In this document: one piece after another, positions 1 through 15,000 of the stretch
Numbering within the stretch: position 1 is the stretch's first letter
Layout of the letters: every line of letters begins with the position of its first letter
Assembly (NCBI GenBank): GCA_028712505.1
Contig: JAQTQC010000005.1
Span: forward strand, 7,051 to 71,050
Direction: 5' to 3'
Length of the DNA: 64,000 nucleotides
Origin: Candidatus Omnitrophota bacterium
Lineage (GTDB): Bacteria; Omnitrophota; Gorgyraeia; Gygaellales; Profunditerraquicolaceae
Position numbers and translations under genes: made by a program
The notes under the pieces: generated by a model
Told to the model about the DNA's origin: nothing
What the model saw: the letters and a program-made list of their open reading frames with translations, nothing else
Database searches by the model: none

Positions 1-3000
1 GCGCCAAACTAACTAGTTACTATTCTTTTACCACTAAAAAGGCTACCGGGGAAGTTAGGGATCAGAATGCCCAGGTGGCTAAGAATACTATTGTAGCCGG
101 TTCCTTGACAAATCTGTCCGCGACTTCCAGTATAACCGAGGTAAGCGAGAGGATAGAATCCTCTCCGTATTTAACACTCAACTTTACATTGGCGCATCAG
201 CTTCCCATCGGAGGGTATGTCAAGATTAGCTTTGATACTGATTATGTATTCCCAACCGATACATTCTGCGTTACTAATGACTATAACTTGTATAGCGATG
301 ATTCAACCAAGATAATGTATCTGCAGAGAGTGAGTTCTCCTGTGGCAGTAGGGGCAACCAGTATACAACTGGCGAACATCAAGAATCCCGCTTATGTGCA
401 GACAACCGGCAATTTCTCAATAACAACCGAGCTTTCCAGCCATGATCCTATAGACACAGGTTCTGCCGGAGGCATTGGTATTGTTGCCGGTTCATTAACT
501 AACGCATCTGTGGCTCCGGTTTCTGATATTGTTAGCGAATTTACAAGTTATACGGTTAATTTTACCAATGACCATATGATAGCTGCAGGGTCTAAAGTAG
601 CTATTACTTTTGATGCTGATTACGGATTTAAGTTATTAGGTAGGTATGCTTGTGTAGCTTCTTTGGCAGACAGCTCGCTTACACTTATGGATATATCTAA
701 TCCTGCTAGCCCCGTGCTTAAGTCTGAAATTTCTGATGAAGCAGGAGGATTTAACAAGCTTGCAGGAGCAAAGTCGGTTTATGTTTCAGGAAGCTATCTC
801 TATGCAGCTTCATCAATAGATAACTCTTTAACCATCATCGATATCTCGAATCCAGCTAGCCCGGTGCTTAAATCCGAGATTTACGATGAAACAGCGGGAT
901 TTACCAAGCTGGCTGGAGCTCAATCCGTATTTGTCTTGGGCAATTATGCCTATGTTGCTTCTTCAACAGATAATGCTTTAACCATCATCGATATCTCGAA
1001 TCCAGCCAGCCCGGTGCTTAAGGCTGAGATTACCGACGGTTCGGGAGGCTTTACTAAATTAGCCGGAGCAAAATCCGTATTTGTCTCGGGCAATTATGCC
1101 TATGTTGCTTCTTCAACAGATAATGCTTTAACCATCATCGATATCTCGAATCCAGCCAGCCCGGTGCTTAAGGCTGAGATTACCGACGGTTCGGGAGGCT
1201 TTACTAAATTAGCCGGAGCAAAATCCGTATTTGTCTTGGGCAATTATGCCTATGTTGCTTCTTCAACAGATAATGCTTTAACCATCATCGATATCTCGAA
1301 TCCAGCCAGCCCGGTGCTTAAGGCTGAGGTATATGATGGGGATGGGGAGTTTAATAGGCTGGCGGGGATTGAGTCTGTTTATGTCTCGGGCAATTATGCC
1401 TATATTACTTCTTCGACTGATAATTCCTTGACAATCATGGATATCTCGGATCCTGCTAACCCGGTGCTTAAATCCGAGGTATATGATGGGGATGGGGAGT
1501 TTAATAGGCTGGCGGGAGCTTATTCAGTTTACGTTTCCGGAAATTACGCCTTTGTTGTATCTTCTGCAGACAGTTCTTTGACAATAATAGACGTAACAAA
1601 TCCGATGAATCCTGCGCTTAAGTCTGAGGCGTATAATGAAGACGGGCAGTTCAATAAGCTAGGCGCGCCGTTTGCAGTTTTTGTATACGGAAATCAGGTT
1701 GTTCCCGGTAATGCGGGCGCGACTGTTGCTGCCAGCGGCAGCGTATTGAACGTTACCTTAGGTTCTCCTATAGGTGCTAATGAAGCTGTTTCTTTGCAAT
1801 TAGATAATATAAGAAATCCCTATTATGTCCAAACTCCGGATGTCTTCCAGGTGCAGACTAAGAATTCCGCCGGAGGGGTGGTAGATCAGAATCTTTCTGT
1901 AGCATCTGTTCCTGTTACAAAAGGAGCCTTTACCGGGTTAAGCGTTACTGCCGCGGATAGGGAAATCAGTAAGTCTGACAATTACACCTTTACGCTTACC
2001 TATAGTCATCCGGTTCCGAAAGACGGATATCTAAAGATTGAATTTGATTCAGATTATGATTTAAGTTCTGCGTACTTGGTCAGCCCCACTGATAGGTATA
2101 CTTATCTGTGGAGTTCAGGATGGAACTATATAGAACTTAAATTGAAAGAAGGAATCATCGCTGATACCTCTGATACTATTGTTTTAGGTTCGGTGAAGAA
2201 TCCAAGTTTTGTCCAGCAGACCAGCGAGCATCGGTTTACAACATTGAGTACTGATGCCACGGGCAATGCTGTTATCGACCAATCCAATCTTACCGGTTTG
2301 ATCATTATCGGTGGAAAACTTACCGGTGTCTCTGTCAGTGCTGCTAATAATATTGTTACCGAGACTACAAATTACACAATCAACCTGACGACGAAAAACC
2401 CGATGTCTCTTAATCCTTCAATTAAAGTCTCGTTTGATCCGGATTATAACGTATCGGGAGCTGCTTTTGTTTCCGGAACAGTTGACGGAGTGGCAATGGT
2501 TACGCAGAATCCGGCGCTTACTATTGATACTAATAATAATGTAGTAACGCTTAATCTGGCTATGGATATCACTAATTCTACAGCCGCGGTATCTTTCGTT
2601 CTCTCGGGTATTGTTAATCCCGGCTATGAGCAGACAGCGGCGTTTGATATAACCACTCAGTATGGCGGTAACGATATTGATATTACTGATCCGGCTGCTA
2701 AACCTTCAGTAGCAATAGCCGCAGGCACAATAACTTCTGCCAGCGTCACTCCTGCGACAACAGAGGTAAGCGAATCCGGAAATTATGTTTTTAATTTTAC
2801 GTTGCCGCATGCTTTAGCTACAGGAAGTTTCTTAAGGATACAATTCGATCCGGATTATGTTTTAACCAATACGAATTGTCAGACCAGCGGTTACTCTTTA
2901 TCAAAAGGTTTAGATTACATCCTTTTGCAAAGGACGGGTGCGCAGTTAACCGGCGCTCAAAGCCTTACCTTGGGTAATGTGAAGAATCCCAGCTTTGTCC

Positions 3001-6000
3001 AGACCACGAGTAACTTTATTATAAAGACAGAAGATTCGGGGAACAATAAGATTGATGGAGCGGAAGTTTCCGGGGTAACTACGACTACTGGTGCATTGAC
3101 CGGTCTTTCGTTAACCCCGCTTGACTATACTGTGGCCAATACCACTGCTTATAACATAGCCTTTACTACGGATCATGCCATAGTCCAGAATGGCAAAATT
3201 GAGGTAACCTTTGATTCAGACTATGCATTAACCGGAGTCGGTAGCGCAGATGTTTCCGGAAATCCCGGTTCAACTGTCGCGGTAAGCGGAAATAAGCTGA
3301 CTATAACTTTGGGTACTGCGATAGCAGCGGCAACTCCTGTGTCTTTGCAGGTAGCTAACATTGTAAATCCGGTGTATGTGAAGACTACCAATAGTTTTGC
3401 TTTCAGGACTATGGATGCTGCTGCCGGCCTGTTGGATCAGGGTACGGCTTCAGGCGTGACTACAGTAGCCGGTACGTTTACTGCCTCCAGCGTAACTTCT
3501 ACATATTACACTACGGGTAAAACCGATGTCTCATATACCTTTAACTTCACTTATGCGCATAACGTACCTCTGGATGGATTTTTGAGGATAGATTTTGATC
3601 CGGATTATGATGTAGCTTCGGTTGCGGTAGCACATGCCAATTACACAAAACAGGAGGCAGGTGCAAATTATGTAATATTAAAACTGCTTGCGGCTAAACC
3701 AAAAGGTACTGTGGAGTCGATAACGTTAAGTAATATTAAGAATCCCGGTTATGCTCAAACCGTAACTTTCGATATCAAGAGTATGAATACAACCGGTTCA
3801 GTTATCGATACTGTTACTACCCCGTCAATCAACATTGTTCCTGCTGCTTTGACTGCGCTTAGCAGGTCATCTAATACGTATATCGCAACCGAGTCGGCCA
3901 GTTATACAATAGGTTTTACTACGGTTAACGCGATTCCTGCAGGAGGCAAGGTTGAAATTACATTTGATCCCGATTATGTTTTGACTTCTGTAGCCAGTGG
4001 TAATGTTTCGGGAAACAGCGGCTCAACTGTTGCAGTAAGTGGCAACACTTTAATTGTGACTTTGGGAACAAATATCCCGGCTTTGACTGCCTCCAGCCTA
4101 GTCATCTCTAATATCAAGAACCCGGGTGCACAGAGTACGGGAAGCTTCTCTTTGTTGACCAAGAATGTTTCCGGATACAGTATTGATCAGGGTACTGTAT
4201 CAGGAGTGACTATTATTACCGGCTCTTTGAGCGGACTTTCTACTGTCCCTGTTCATACCAAGGTAAGCTATAGTACGAACTACACTTTTGGTTTTACTGT
4301 TGCCCATTCCGTTCCTGTGGGCGGATTTATCAAGATACAATTTGATAGTGAGTATGATCTTTCTTCAGCTTTTGTCGTAGGAGACTATACGATATCCAAA
4401 GTGGATAATTATATATATCTACAAAGAAATGTTTCTGCTTTAAGCGGAGCGGTTACAGTAGAACTGAGGAGCATTAAAAATCCTGCTTATGTCCAGAGTA
4501 CCGATACATTTGTTATAACTACAGAGTTATCCAATCATGATCCCATAGATGTAGGGAGTGCGCCTAGCATAGTTACGACCGCAGGTACTTTAACCGCTAC
4601 AAGCGTTGCGCCGGCGACAACCGTGGTGGCAGAGAATACTGCTTATACATTAAATTTCACTACTGAACATGCGATAGCGGTTGGTGGCAAGGTGGAAATT
4701 ACCTTTGATCCTGATTGTGATCTTTCATTGGTTTTCCCGGGAGATGTTTCGGGAAACAGCGACTCAACAGTAGCGGTTTCAGGCAATAAGTTGATTGTCA
4801 CCCTGGGAGAAGCTTTGGATGCGGGAGTCTCGGAAACATTGGTAATTTCCAATATTAAGAATCCTCCGTATGTAAAAGAGACAAATACCTTCTTTGTACA
4901 AACTAAAAATCCTTCCGGAGGGGTTATCGATGAGGTGACTGCTGCCAGTATAACTACTTCTACAGGAGTTTTGGGCTCTCCTGTTATCACTCCGGCTTCC
5001 CTGGTTTCCGGAGCAACAACATCTTATTCGTTTAAATTTACCCCTGCGCATGCAGTTCCTCTTAACGGCTACCTGAGGATTGATTTTGATTCTAGCTATG
5101 ATTTGGCTAGTCCCGGAGCAGTAGTTATGAGCAGCACAACTGCTTGCGACATCACTCTAAGAGGTGCCGGATACCTTTTAATCAAGTTCTCGTCTTCCGG
5201 TTTAAGCGCCGGAGTGGAACAGACGGTGGGGATAGCCAATGTGGTGAACCCGCCAAATGTTAAGAGCCTGGAGTTTACCCTTACGACCAAAGATGCTTCT
5301 TTATATGATATTGATACTGTGAAAATCTCAGGTATTAGTACTACAGCCGGAAGTTTAAGCAGCTCGTCTTTGACCGCGAACACTTATGTCGTTTCAGAAT
5401 ATGCTACTTATACAGCTGTTTTCACTACAGCTAACCCGATAGCTGTCGGAGGCAAGGTTGAAATAAATTTTGATACTGACTATGTCTTGTCGAGCGTAGA
5501 ATCAACAGGGGTTTCCGGTAATCCCGGCTCAACAGTAGCGGTAAGCGGAAGTAAGCTGGTGGTGGCTATCGGTACAGCCATTGCTAAGAATACCCCGGTT
5601 TCTTTAGCCATAGCCAATATCAAGAACCCTGTTTATGTCCAGGCCACGGATTCATTCTTAATTCAGACTAAGACTGTGGATGATGCGATCATCGATACAG
5701 CGACAGCAACATCTATAAATATAACCGCTGGAGCATTAAGCGGTTTGTCGGTAAGCGCTACATCAAAGAAAATCTCAGATATTACCTCTTATACGTTTAA
5801 TTTTACAGCCCAACATGTTATTCCCGCTGATGGCTTTATAAGAATTCAATTTGACAGTAATTATTTATTGGGTAGTGCTTATCTCGATACAGCCAGCTTT
5901 TATAGCTTGGACAGGGGTAGTGATTACCTGAGGTTTAAGACAGTCGCCCAGATAAATGCCGGACAGGCAGTGAGTATTCCTATAAGCACGATTGCTAACC

Positions 6001-9000
6001 CGTCCTACGTATATACCGTAAGTAACTTCCAGGTAAAGACAATGATTGCAGTTGCGGCAACCCAGCAGATAATGGATTCAGGAGAAATTACAGGTGTTAC
6101 CCTGACTCCTGGCACCTTGTCAGATATTTCCGTAACTGCCGCTTCTGCGGAAGTAAGTGCTTTAACGAATTATACATTTGCATTCAAGACAGAAAACAGT
6201 ATTGCTGCCGGTACTGGTAAGGTGGCAATCAGCCTTGATAGCGATTATGATTTAAGCGCCGTAGAGTCAAATAACGTTTCAGGTAATTCCGGAGCTACGG
6301 TAAGCGTAAGCGGTAATACCCTGAGTATAACTTTAGGTACTGCAATTGCCGCCAAGGAATCTGTTTCCTTGACGGTTTCTAATATCAAGAATCCTTCTTA
6401 TGTACAAACTACAGGTAGTGTAACAATCAGCAGTAAAGTTCAAATAAATTCCGTAGATTATGATAAGGACGGCGGAATCCTTGCTTCAGGCCCGGCAATA
6501 ACTTCAGGAGATTTTACTAATGTATCAATAAGCGCTACTTCTCAGATAGCCGGTGAAGATTCAATTTATACCTTTGGATTTACCCCGGGGCATAATGTGT
6601 CCGCAGGAGGGTTTATCTATATTGGTTTTGAAACGGGTTATGATGTATCCGGGGCTTATCTCACTGGCTCAACCGGTTCAGGCGAATATGCTGTTGCCAG
6701 TTTAACTTCTACTCAGGTAGTTTTGAATGTCACGGCGGCGATAGCTAAAGGGGAGGCCCAGACTATCAGCCTAGGCGGCGTAGTCAACCCGCAATTTGTC
6801 AAGGATGTGATTTGTACGCTTAAGAGTGCTAATGCGTCTTCCGGAATAATCGATGAAAGCGATACGCCATCATTAAGCATAACACCTGCTCCATTGGCTG
6901 TTTTATCTATAAGCGGCGCTTCTTATGTCGCCCAGGATGTTACTTCCTATACGATCGCTTTTACAACTGTTAACCCGATTGATCAAAATGGAGAGGTAGA
7001 AGTTGAGTTTGATGCAGATTATGATTTAAGCGCTGTTCAACCAGGTAATGTCACAGGAAATAGCGGTTCAAGCGTATCCGTAAGCGGTTCTAAACTGATT
7101 ATTAATTTGGGTACTGCGGTTGCTTCAGGAGAGCAGGTTTCATTGGTAGTTTCCAATATCAAGAACCCCGGCGTGCAGACAACCGGTAGTTTTAATCTCG
7201 TAACCAGAAATTCCAGTGGCAATTACCTGGATTACGGTGGGGTTGCCGGAACGGCTATCACCGCTGGTTCACTATCCGGACTTTCAGCAACTCCAGGGAC
7301 TACTGAAATCGACGAAAGCACAAGTTATACATTCAATCTTACGCTTGGCCATAGCGTACCTACCAATGGTTATGTAAGGGTTCAATTTGACAATAACTAT
7401 GTCCTGACCAATGCGACGGTAGTTACCAGCGGTTATTCTTTGACTAAAGGTACTAATTATGTTTTGTTGAAGAGGACCGGTTCGGCGCTCTCTGGTGCGA
7501 TTTCCATCCAATTAAATAGCATAATTAATCCTTCTTATGTGTCCAACACTTTAGCCGGTTTTGCCATTCAGACGCAGCTGTCCAATAACCAGGTTATTGA
7601 TACAGGTACGGCAGGAGCGATCACTACAACCGCAGGTGCCTTGTCTGCTGTAACAGCCGTGCCGGCATCCTTGGGAGTAAGTACTCTTACAAGTTATACC
7701 TTTAACTTTACTACAGACCATGCTATACCCTCCGGCGGTAAGGTTCTTATAACTTTTGATTCCGACTATAATTTAACTTCTGTCCAGGAAGGCAATGTCT
7801 CAGGTGTTGCTGATTCAGTTGTTGCAGTTTCCGGCAATGTGCTCACTGTGACTTTAGGCCAGGCTATTGCCGCAAAAACCTCTGCTTCACTGGTTATTTC
7901 CAATATCAGAAATCCGTCTTACGTCCAGACTACAAACAATTTTGCTTTAGAGAGCAGAAACAGCTCTAATGCCTTGATTGACCAGGGTACAGCTGGCGGA
8001 GTGACTACTGTTACCGGTATTGTCACGATTTCTTCAATCACAGCTTCTACTTATGTTGCCGGTAGTACTAATGCTCAATATACCTTTAATTTTGCGCCGA
8101 CCAATGCGGTTGCCGCCGGCGGATATCTAAGGGTAGATTTTGATGTTACTGATAGCGCGTATAATGCTTCCAGCGCTATTGTTTCAGCAGGCGGCTCTAC
8201 CTTTGTTATCCCGCAGGGAGGGGCTAATAAGAATTATGTCAACCTGACTTTTACTCAGAACGTAGATGCAGGAAGCCCGCTTTCTTTGCAGCTTTCAGGT
8301 ATAGTCAATCCTGTTTACGCCAAGAATGTAACTTTCCGGTTGACTACTAATATCTCAACGGGAGAAAAAATAGATACGTCTGATTATGGTCCGGTAGTAA
8401 TCACTCCGGCTCCTTTGGTCGGGACATCTTTAATAATGGGCAGTACTACAGCTCTGGATATCAGTAGACATACATTTAGTTTCACTACTGTCAACGCTAT
8501 TGACGTTGGAGGTAAGGTTGAGATAACTTTTGATTCCGATTATGTGTTGACCGGGGTAGGCTCGGGTAATGTCTCCGGAAATTCCGGCTCAACTGTTGCA
8601 GTAAGCGGCAGCAAGCTTATTGTGACTTTGGGCACAGCGGTTTCTTCTGCAAGCGAAGTTGTCTTAGCCATCGATAATATCAAGAATCCTGGCGCGCAGA
8701 CAACAGATGCTTATGCTATTGTAACTAAGAATTCCGGAGGTTATCAACTGGATCAAGGTAGTGTTGCAGGTAAAACAATTACCGCTGGCGTTTTGACAGT
8801 TTTATCTGCTGACGCCACTACTTATGAGGTGGCTGAAAGCGCAAATTATACAATTAATTTTACGTTGGCGCATAATATACCGATAAATGGTTATGTAAGG
8901 GTGCAGTTTGATGATAACTATACTCTGACCAATGCGACGGTAGCGACCAGCGGGTATGCCTTGACTGGAACCGGAAGTAATTATCTTTTGCTCCGGACGG

Positions 9001-12000
9001 GTTCCGAACGTTCTGGTGCGATTTCCATCCAATTAAATAGCATAATTAATCCTTCTTATGTGTCCAACACTTTAGCCGGTTTTGCCATTCAGACGCAGCT
9101 GTCCAATAACCAGGTTATTGATACAGGTACGGCAGGAGCGATCACTACAACCGCAGGTGCCTTGTCTGCTGTAACAGCCGTGCCGGCATCCTTGGGAGTA
9201 AGTACTCTTACAAGTTATACCTTTAACTTTACTACAGACCATGCTATACCCTCCGGCGGTAAGGTTCTTATAACTTTTGATTCCGACTATAATTTAACTT
9301 CTGTCCAGGAAGGCAATGTCTCAGGTGTTGCTGATTCAGTTGTTGCAGTTTCCGGCAATGTGCTCACTGTGACTTTAGGCCAGGCTATTGCCGCAAAAAC
9401 CTCTGCTTCACTGGTTATTTCCAATATCAGAAATCCGTCTTACGTCCAGACTACAAACAATTTTGCTTTAGAGAGCAGAAACAGCTCTAATGCCTTGATT
9501 GACCAGGGTACAGCTGGCGGAGTGACTACAACCGCTGGCACCTTAACCAGCGTATCCGGAGCTGCCGTTAACTATGCTGCAGGAGCCGAGACACAGTATA
9601 CCTTTAATTTCATGCCTGCCAATGATGTTGTAACAGGAGGCTATGTAAAGATTGAGTTTAATTCTGAATACAATATTACCGGTGCATATCTGATCAGCCC
9701 TTCAGCTAAGTACAGTATTTCTACTAAAACAAATAATATTATTGTACTGAATGTGCTTGCTGATGCATTAGCTTCTAGCTCCCAGAGCATAAGCATCGGC
9801 GGTATAGTTAACCCGGGCCGTGAGAAAACAGGCATTAAATTTACAGTAACCACGCTTACCTCTAATAGTGCCAATATCGATACTGCTCAATCAGCGGCTA
9901 TAAATATAACCGCAGGTGTATTGACTTCGAGCTCCGCCACAGCCAGCACCTATACAACTTATGATTTAGCGTCTTATACATTTAATTTTACTACTGCCAA
10001 TGCCTTGGATGTGGGCGGTAAGGTCGAGATAACTTTTGATGCGGATTATGATGTGTCGGCAGCGGTATTTACTTACGGGAATGATAATTCTACACTTTCA
10101 GTATCTGGACGGGTGGTTACTATCACCTTGGGCACAGCGATAGCCAAGCAGGAAAGCGTAACTCTGACTATATCTGAAATCCGTAACCCGGGAGTCCAAT
10201 CTACAGACAGCTATGCGATAGTTACTAAGGATTCCAGCGCGACAAGAGTAGATACTGGTACGATCTCCGGTAAGGTAATTACCGGAGGCGGAATGAGCGC
10301 TACTTCCGTGACTGCCGGTTCAACTCAGCCGGCTGTTACTACAAATTATACATTTGCCTTTACACCTGACCATATAATTCCTACCGGTGGATATATCAGG
10401 GTTACTTTTGATTCGGATTATGTCTTAGACTATGTTTCTGTGCAGACAGCAGGTTATGCCGCCAGCACCGGACCGGGATACGTGCTTTTAACTAATACCA
10501 GCGGAGGTAATCTGTCTGGTGCGCGCAGTATAGTATTGCTCAATGTCAAGAATCCTGCTTCTGTTAAGGAGCCGACAGGTAATTTCTACATTACAACTAT
10601 GACATCGAATCAGGATACTATAGATACTGCTACTCTTACCGGCATCACTATGACTCCTAGCCCGATAACAGTTTCATCTATTTCAACGGTTTCAGCCGAA
10701 GTCTCGGCGCTTACTTCTTATACCGTCAAGATTACTCCGATACATACTATCCCGATAGGCGGCAAGGTCTTGATCACCTTCGATAGTGATTATAACTTGT
10801 CAAATATCGGTTCCGGAGATGTGTTAGGTAATAGTTCTACTGCCTCTGTAAGCGGTAATATCTTGAGCGTTACCCTGGGCGAGATGGCTTCTCAGGGGAA
10901 TGTGCTTACTTTGGTAATCTCGGATGTGCAGAATCCGTCATATGTGCAGACAACCGGCGTATTCTCAGTAGTGACTAAGGATGCCTCGGGGTATAAATTG
11001 GATTCCGGAGATATAGCTGGTATTTCCATAACTGAAGGCCAGTTGACCAATCTCTCGGCAACTCCGGCAAATACTACTTTGGATACCATAACTAGTTATT
11101 TATTCCAGTTTACTCCGGAGCATACCATACCCTTAAACGGTTATGTCAAGATAACCTTTGATTCTGATTTTGATTTAACCGGTGCTTATAGCGGAACTGG
11201 CAGCTATTCTATTGTCTCTTTGGAGAGCGGTTATATCTTGCTTAAAGCTTTAGCTGAGAAGTCCACTGCTCAAAGCCTGCAGATCCTGAATGTTAAGAAC
11301 CCGTCATATGTCCAGACTACAGACGCTTTTTCAATTACTACACAGGATGCCAACCAAAAGAATATAGACGTGGGTAATGCCTCCGGTATTACTACTACAG
11401 CAGGTGTCCTTTCCGCAGGTTCAGTTAGCCAGACTTCCACGCAGGCAGGTACTACTACGAGTTATACCTTTAACTTTACTACGATCCATGCAGTTGCCGC
11501 CGGAGGCAAGGTTGAAATAACCTTTGATTCGGATTATATCCTGACTTCCGTAACCGCTTATAATGTCTCCGGGATCGCCAATTCCACGGTCGCGGTAAGC
11601 GGAAATAAACTAATCGTTACTACGGGAACAGCAGTTTCCGCCGGGGCTCAAGTTGCGTTGACAATCAGCAATATCAAGAATCCGGCTTATGTGCAGACAA
11701 CTTCCGCTTTTGCAATAGATACTAAGAATGTTTCCGGAGGCTTGTTGGATAGCGGGACCATTCCTGGCATAAACATTACCGCTGGTTCGTTATCGTCGGT
11801 TTCAGCTACGCCGGTTTCTACCGAGGCAGCCAAAAGCACGGATTACACGTTTAACTTTACCACTGAACATAGTTTACCCGCAGATGGGTATGTGCAGATA
11901 GAGTTTGATCCAGCTTATGATTTATCTACTTCTGTAGTCTTGACATCGGGATATGCATTGGTAACCCGGGGCAGCAATTACCTGAAGTTGCAGACTTCTG

Positions 12001-15000
12001 AGATAAGGAGTGGTTCTATCAGTATAGTGTTGAGGAACATAGTCAATCCTCCTTATGTGGCAACGAGTTCAGCCTTTACCGTAATCACGCAGACATCCAC
12101 AGGGGATACCGTTGATATGGGTACTTGCAGCGGTATCACGACTACGCCTGCTGCTTTAACCAGCGCATCTGCGAGCGCTGCTTTGACTGAGGTCAGCAGC
12201 CAGGGTGACTACACCTTTATTGTTACTCCTCAGCATGATATACCTATAGGAGGCAGGATCAGGATAACCTTTGATAATGATTATACTCTCACTAATGTAG
12301 TTTCAGGTAATGTTGCCTGCAGCGGAGGTAATGCCACAGTATCAGTTAGCTCCAAGACCTTAATTATAACATTAGGCTATGAGTTGGTCGGCGGAACAGA
12401 AGAGAGTATAGTTATATCTAATATCAAGAATCCGTCTTTTGCGCAAACCACAAATAATTTTACTATAGTAACAAGGGATGATCAGGACAGGACGATCGAT
12501 CAGGGCGCAGCCAGCGGTGTGGTTATAACTGCCGGGGCGTTGACCGCGATATCTGTAACCGCTGATTCCCTTGTGGCAGGTTATACTTCAGTTTATACCT
12601 TTAACTTTACTCCTGCTCATGCCGTTAATTCCGGAGGTTATGTTGTAATAGATTTTGATTCTGCTTATAATGCGGCATCAGGTTATGTGGTTAGCCCTTT
12701 GAGCACATTCAGCTTATCTTCCAGGTCAGCCAATAGAATAACCCTTAGTGCATTAGAAACTTTGCCGGCTGCTACGGCCCAAAGTGTTACCATCGGCAGT
12801 ATAGTCAACCCGGGTTCCGTAAAACAGGTTACCTTTACTATTAGTACTCAGAATTCTACCCAGAATAATATAGATACGGCTGTTTCTCCGGCTATCAGTA
12901 CACAGGCAGCTCCGATGACGGCTGTTTCGGTAAACGCTGTAAGCAAGATTGCTTTAGACTCGACCTCATACACCTTTGTTTTTACTACCGTCAACTCAAT
13001 AGAGGCCGGAGGTAAGATCGAATTTACCTTTGATTCTGAATATGACCTTACGCAGGCCACATATGCTTCTGGTCTGATCGGTGGCTCAACTGCATTGGGA
13101 GCGACATTGGCTGTAAGCGGCAGTAAATTGATTTTGACTACTACTACCGCAATCAGTACGCAAGCAGGGGTTTCAGTGGTTTTTGCAAATATCAAGAACC
13201 CGGGTGTGCAGACAGTAGATAATTTTGCTATTCTTACGAGAAACTTAAACAATAATGAACTTGATCAGGGTACTGCAACAGGTGTTGCTATAACCGCAGG
13301 TTCCTTGACCGGTTTATCAGTGACTGCCGGTTCAACCGAGATAGGCGCCACTTCAACTTATAGTTTTGGTTTTACAGTAGCTCATACTGTGCCGGTGAAC
13401 GGATATGTGAAGATATCTTTTGATAGCGATTATTCATTCGCCAACGCCAATGTCTTAAGCGAGGCTTATGTAATAACCGATAAACAAAGCAACTTTATCC
13501 TCTTAAGAAGGAGCGCGCAGCTTATCGGGGCAAACACCCTGCAGTTAGGTAATATAGTAAATCCGTCTTATGTTCAGGCTACTGACCCCTTTGTTATTAC
13601 CACCCAGCTTAGTGATAATAAAATAATAGATACAGGAACTACACTGAGCGTAAATATTACTCCTGGTTCCCTGACCCAGTTGTCTGCAAGTGCGGTTAAT
13701 CCGTTAATCAGCGCAGTAAGTTCTTATAGTTTTAGTTTCAAGACTACTCATGCCGTAGAAGCTGGCGGCAAGGTAGTAATTACATTTGATGATGATTACG
13801 ATTTGAGCCTGGTTTCTATAGGTTCTCAGGATATTTCAGGCAGCGGTACTCCAGCGATTGAGTCAAAAGAAGGCAAGAAGCTGAATATCGTTCTTTCTAC
13901 AGGTGTATCAGCTTCTGCGACTGTTTCTTTAAGTATCTCTAATATTACGAACCCCAGATATGTGCAGACTACGTCCTCTTTTGTATTCCAGACTAGAACT
14001 GTTTCAGGAGCAGCTATAGATGAAGGATTGTCCGGCGGCATAACAACTACTGCCGGTACATTAACCGGTATTAATATAGCTTCAGGTAGTGCGATAGCAG
14101 GTGCCAGGACAGATTATACCTTTACTTTTACTCCTGCCCACAGCGTAGAGGCTAATGGTTATTTGAGGATTGACCTGAACTCTCAGTATAATGCAGGCAT
14201 ATCTTATGTGATGAGCCCTACAGCGCTATTTGAAATATCTGATAAAGCTGCTAACTATATTACAGTTAAGGCCCTGTCCGCATTGACCGCTGGGACATCT
14301 TATTCTGTAAGGTTGGGTAATATTGATAACCCCGGGCGTTCAATGGACGTTACATTTACTTTGACTACCAAGACTGCTTCCAGCGCTAATATAGATACAG
14401 GTATTAGTTCAAGCATGCATATCACGCCTGCTCCGATGCAGTCAGCATCCATTTCTTCAAGCAGCTTGATTGCTACGGAGACAGCTACTTATACCTTGAA
14501 TTTTGTGCCGGTAAATACAATAGATGATGGCGGTAGGGTTGAAATTACCTTTGATTCTGATTATGTGCTTACCGGAGTAAATAGTGTTACTGGTTTTGAT
14601 GCCAGCATAGCGGTTTCTGGCAGTGTCCTGATTATTACTTTGAATACCCAGCTGGAAGCAGGGGAAGCCTGTTCTTTTATCATCCCGAATATCAAGAATC
14701 CGGGAGCCCAGACTACCGATGCATTTTCTTTGGTTACTAAGGATTCTACCGGTACCTCTTTGGACGAGGGGACCATAGCCAGCAAGGTTATCCAGGCTGG
14801 CGCATTAGGCAGTCTTTCTGTTTCTGCTGATTCTTACGAGGTAATGGGTACAAGCGAGAGCGCTACCTATACTTTTAATTTTACCTGTGTCCATGCAATC
14901 CCTGCTAACGGCTACATCAGGATAGGTTTTGATACGGATTACTCTTTGGATAATGTAGTCAATTTAAGCTCCGGATATCTGATATCTTCTAAAGGGGCAG

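Noticed and set aside
935-9529. Possible CRISPR array or IS-element repeats suggested by exact direct repeats
   Set aside because: The repeats are 150-bp and 518-bp in-frame coding units of a protein repeat array. There are no short unique spacers, no cas genes, no transposase and no terminal inverted repeats.
12848-13252. 134-aa - strand ORF, and about 15 other 60-115-aa - strand or out-of-frame ORFs between 3974 and 22166, inside the giant gene
   Set aside because: They are wholly embedded in a 22-kb uninterrupted + strand frame with overwhelming repeat-protein signal. Their translations are low-complexity mirror images of the repeats, with no RBS and no homology. They are spurious antisense frames.
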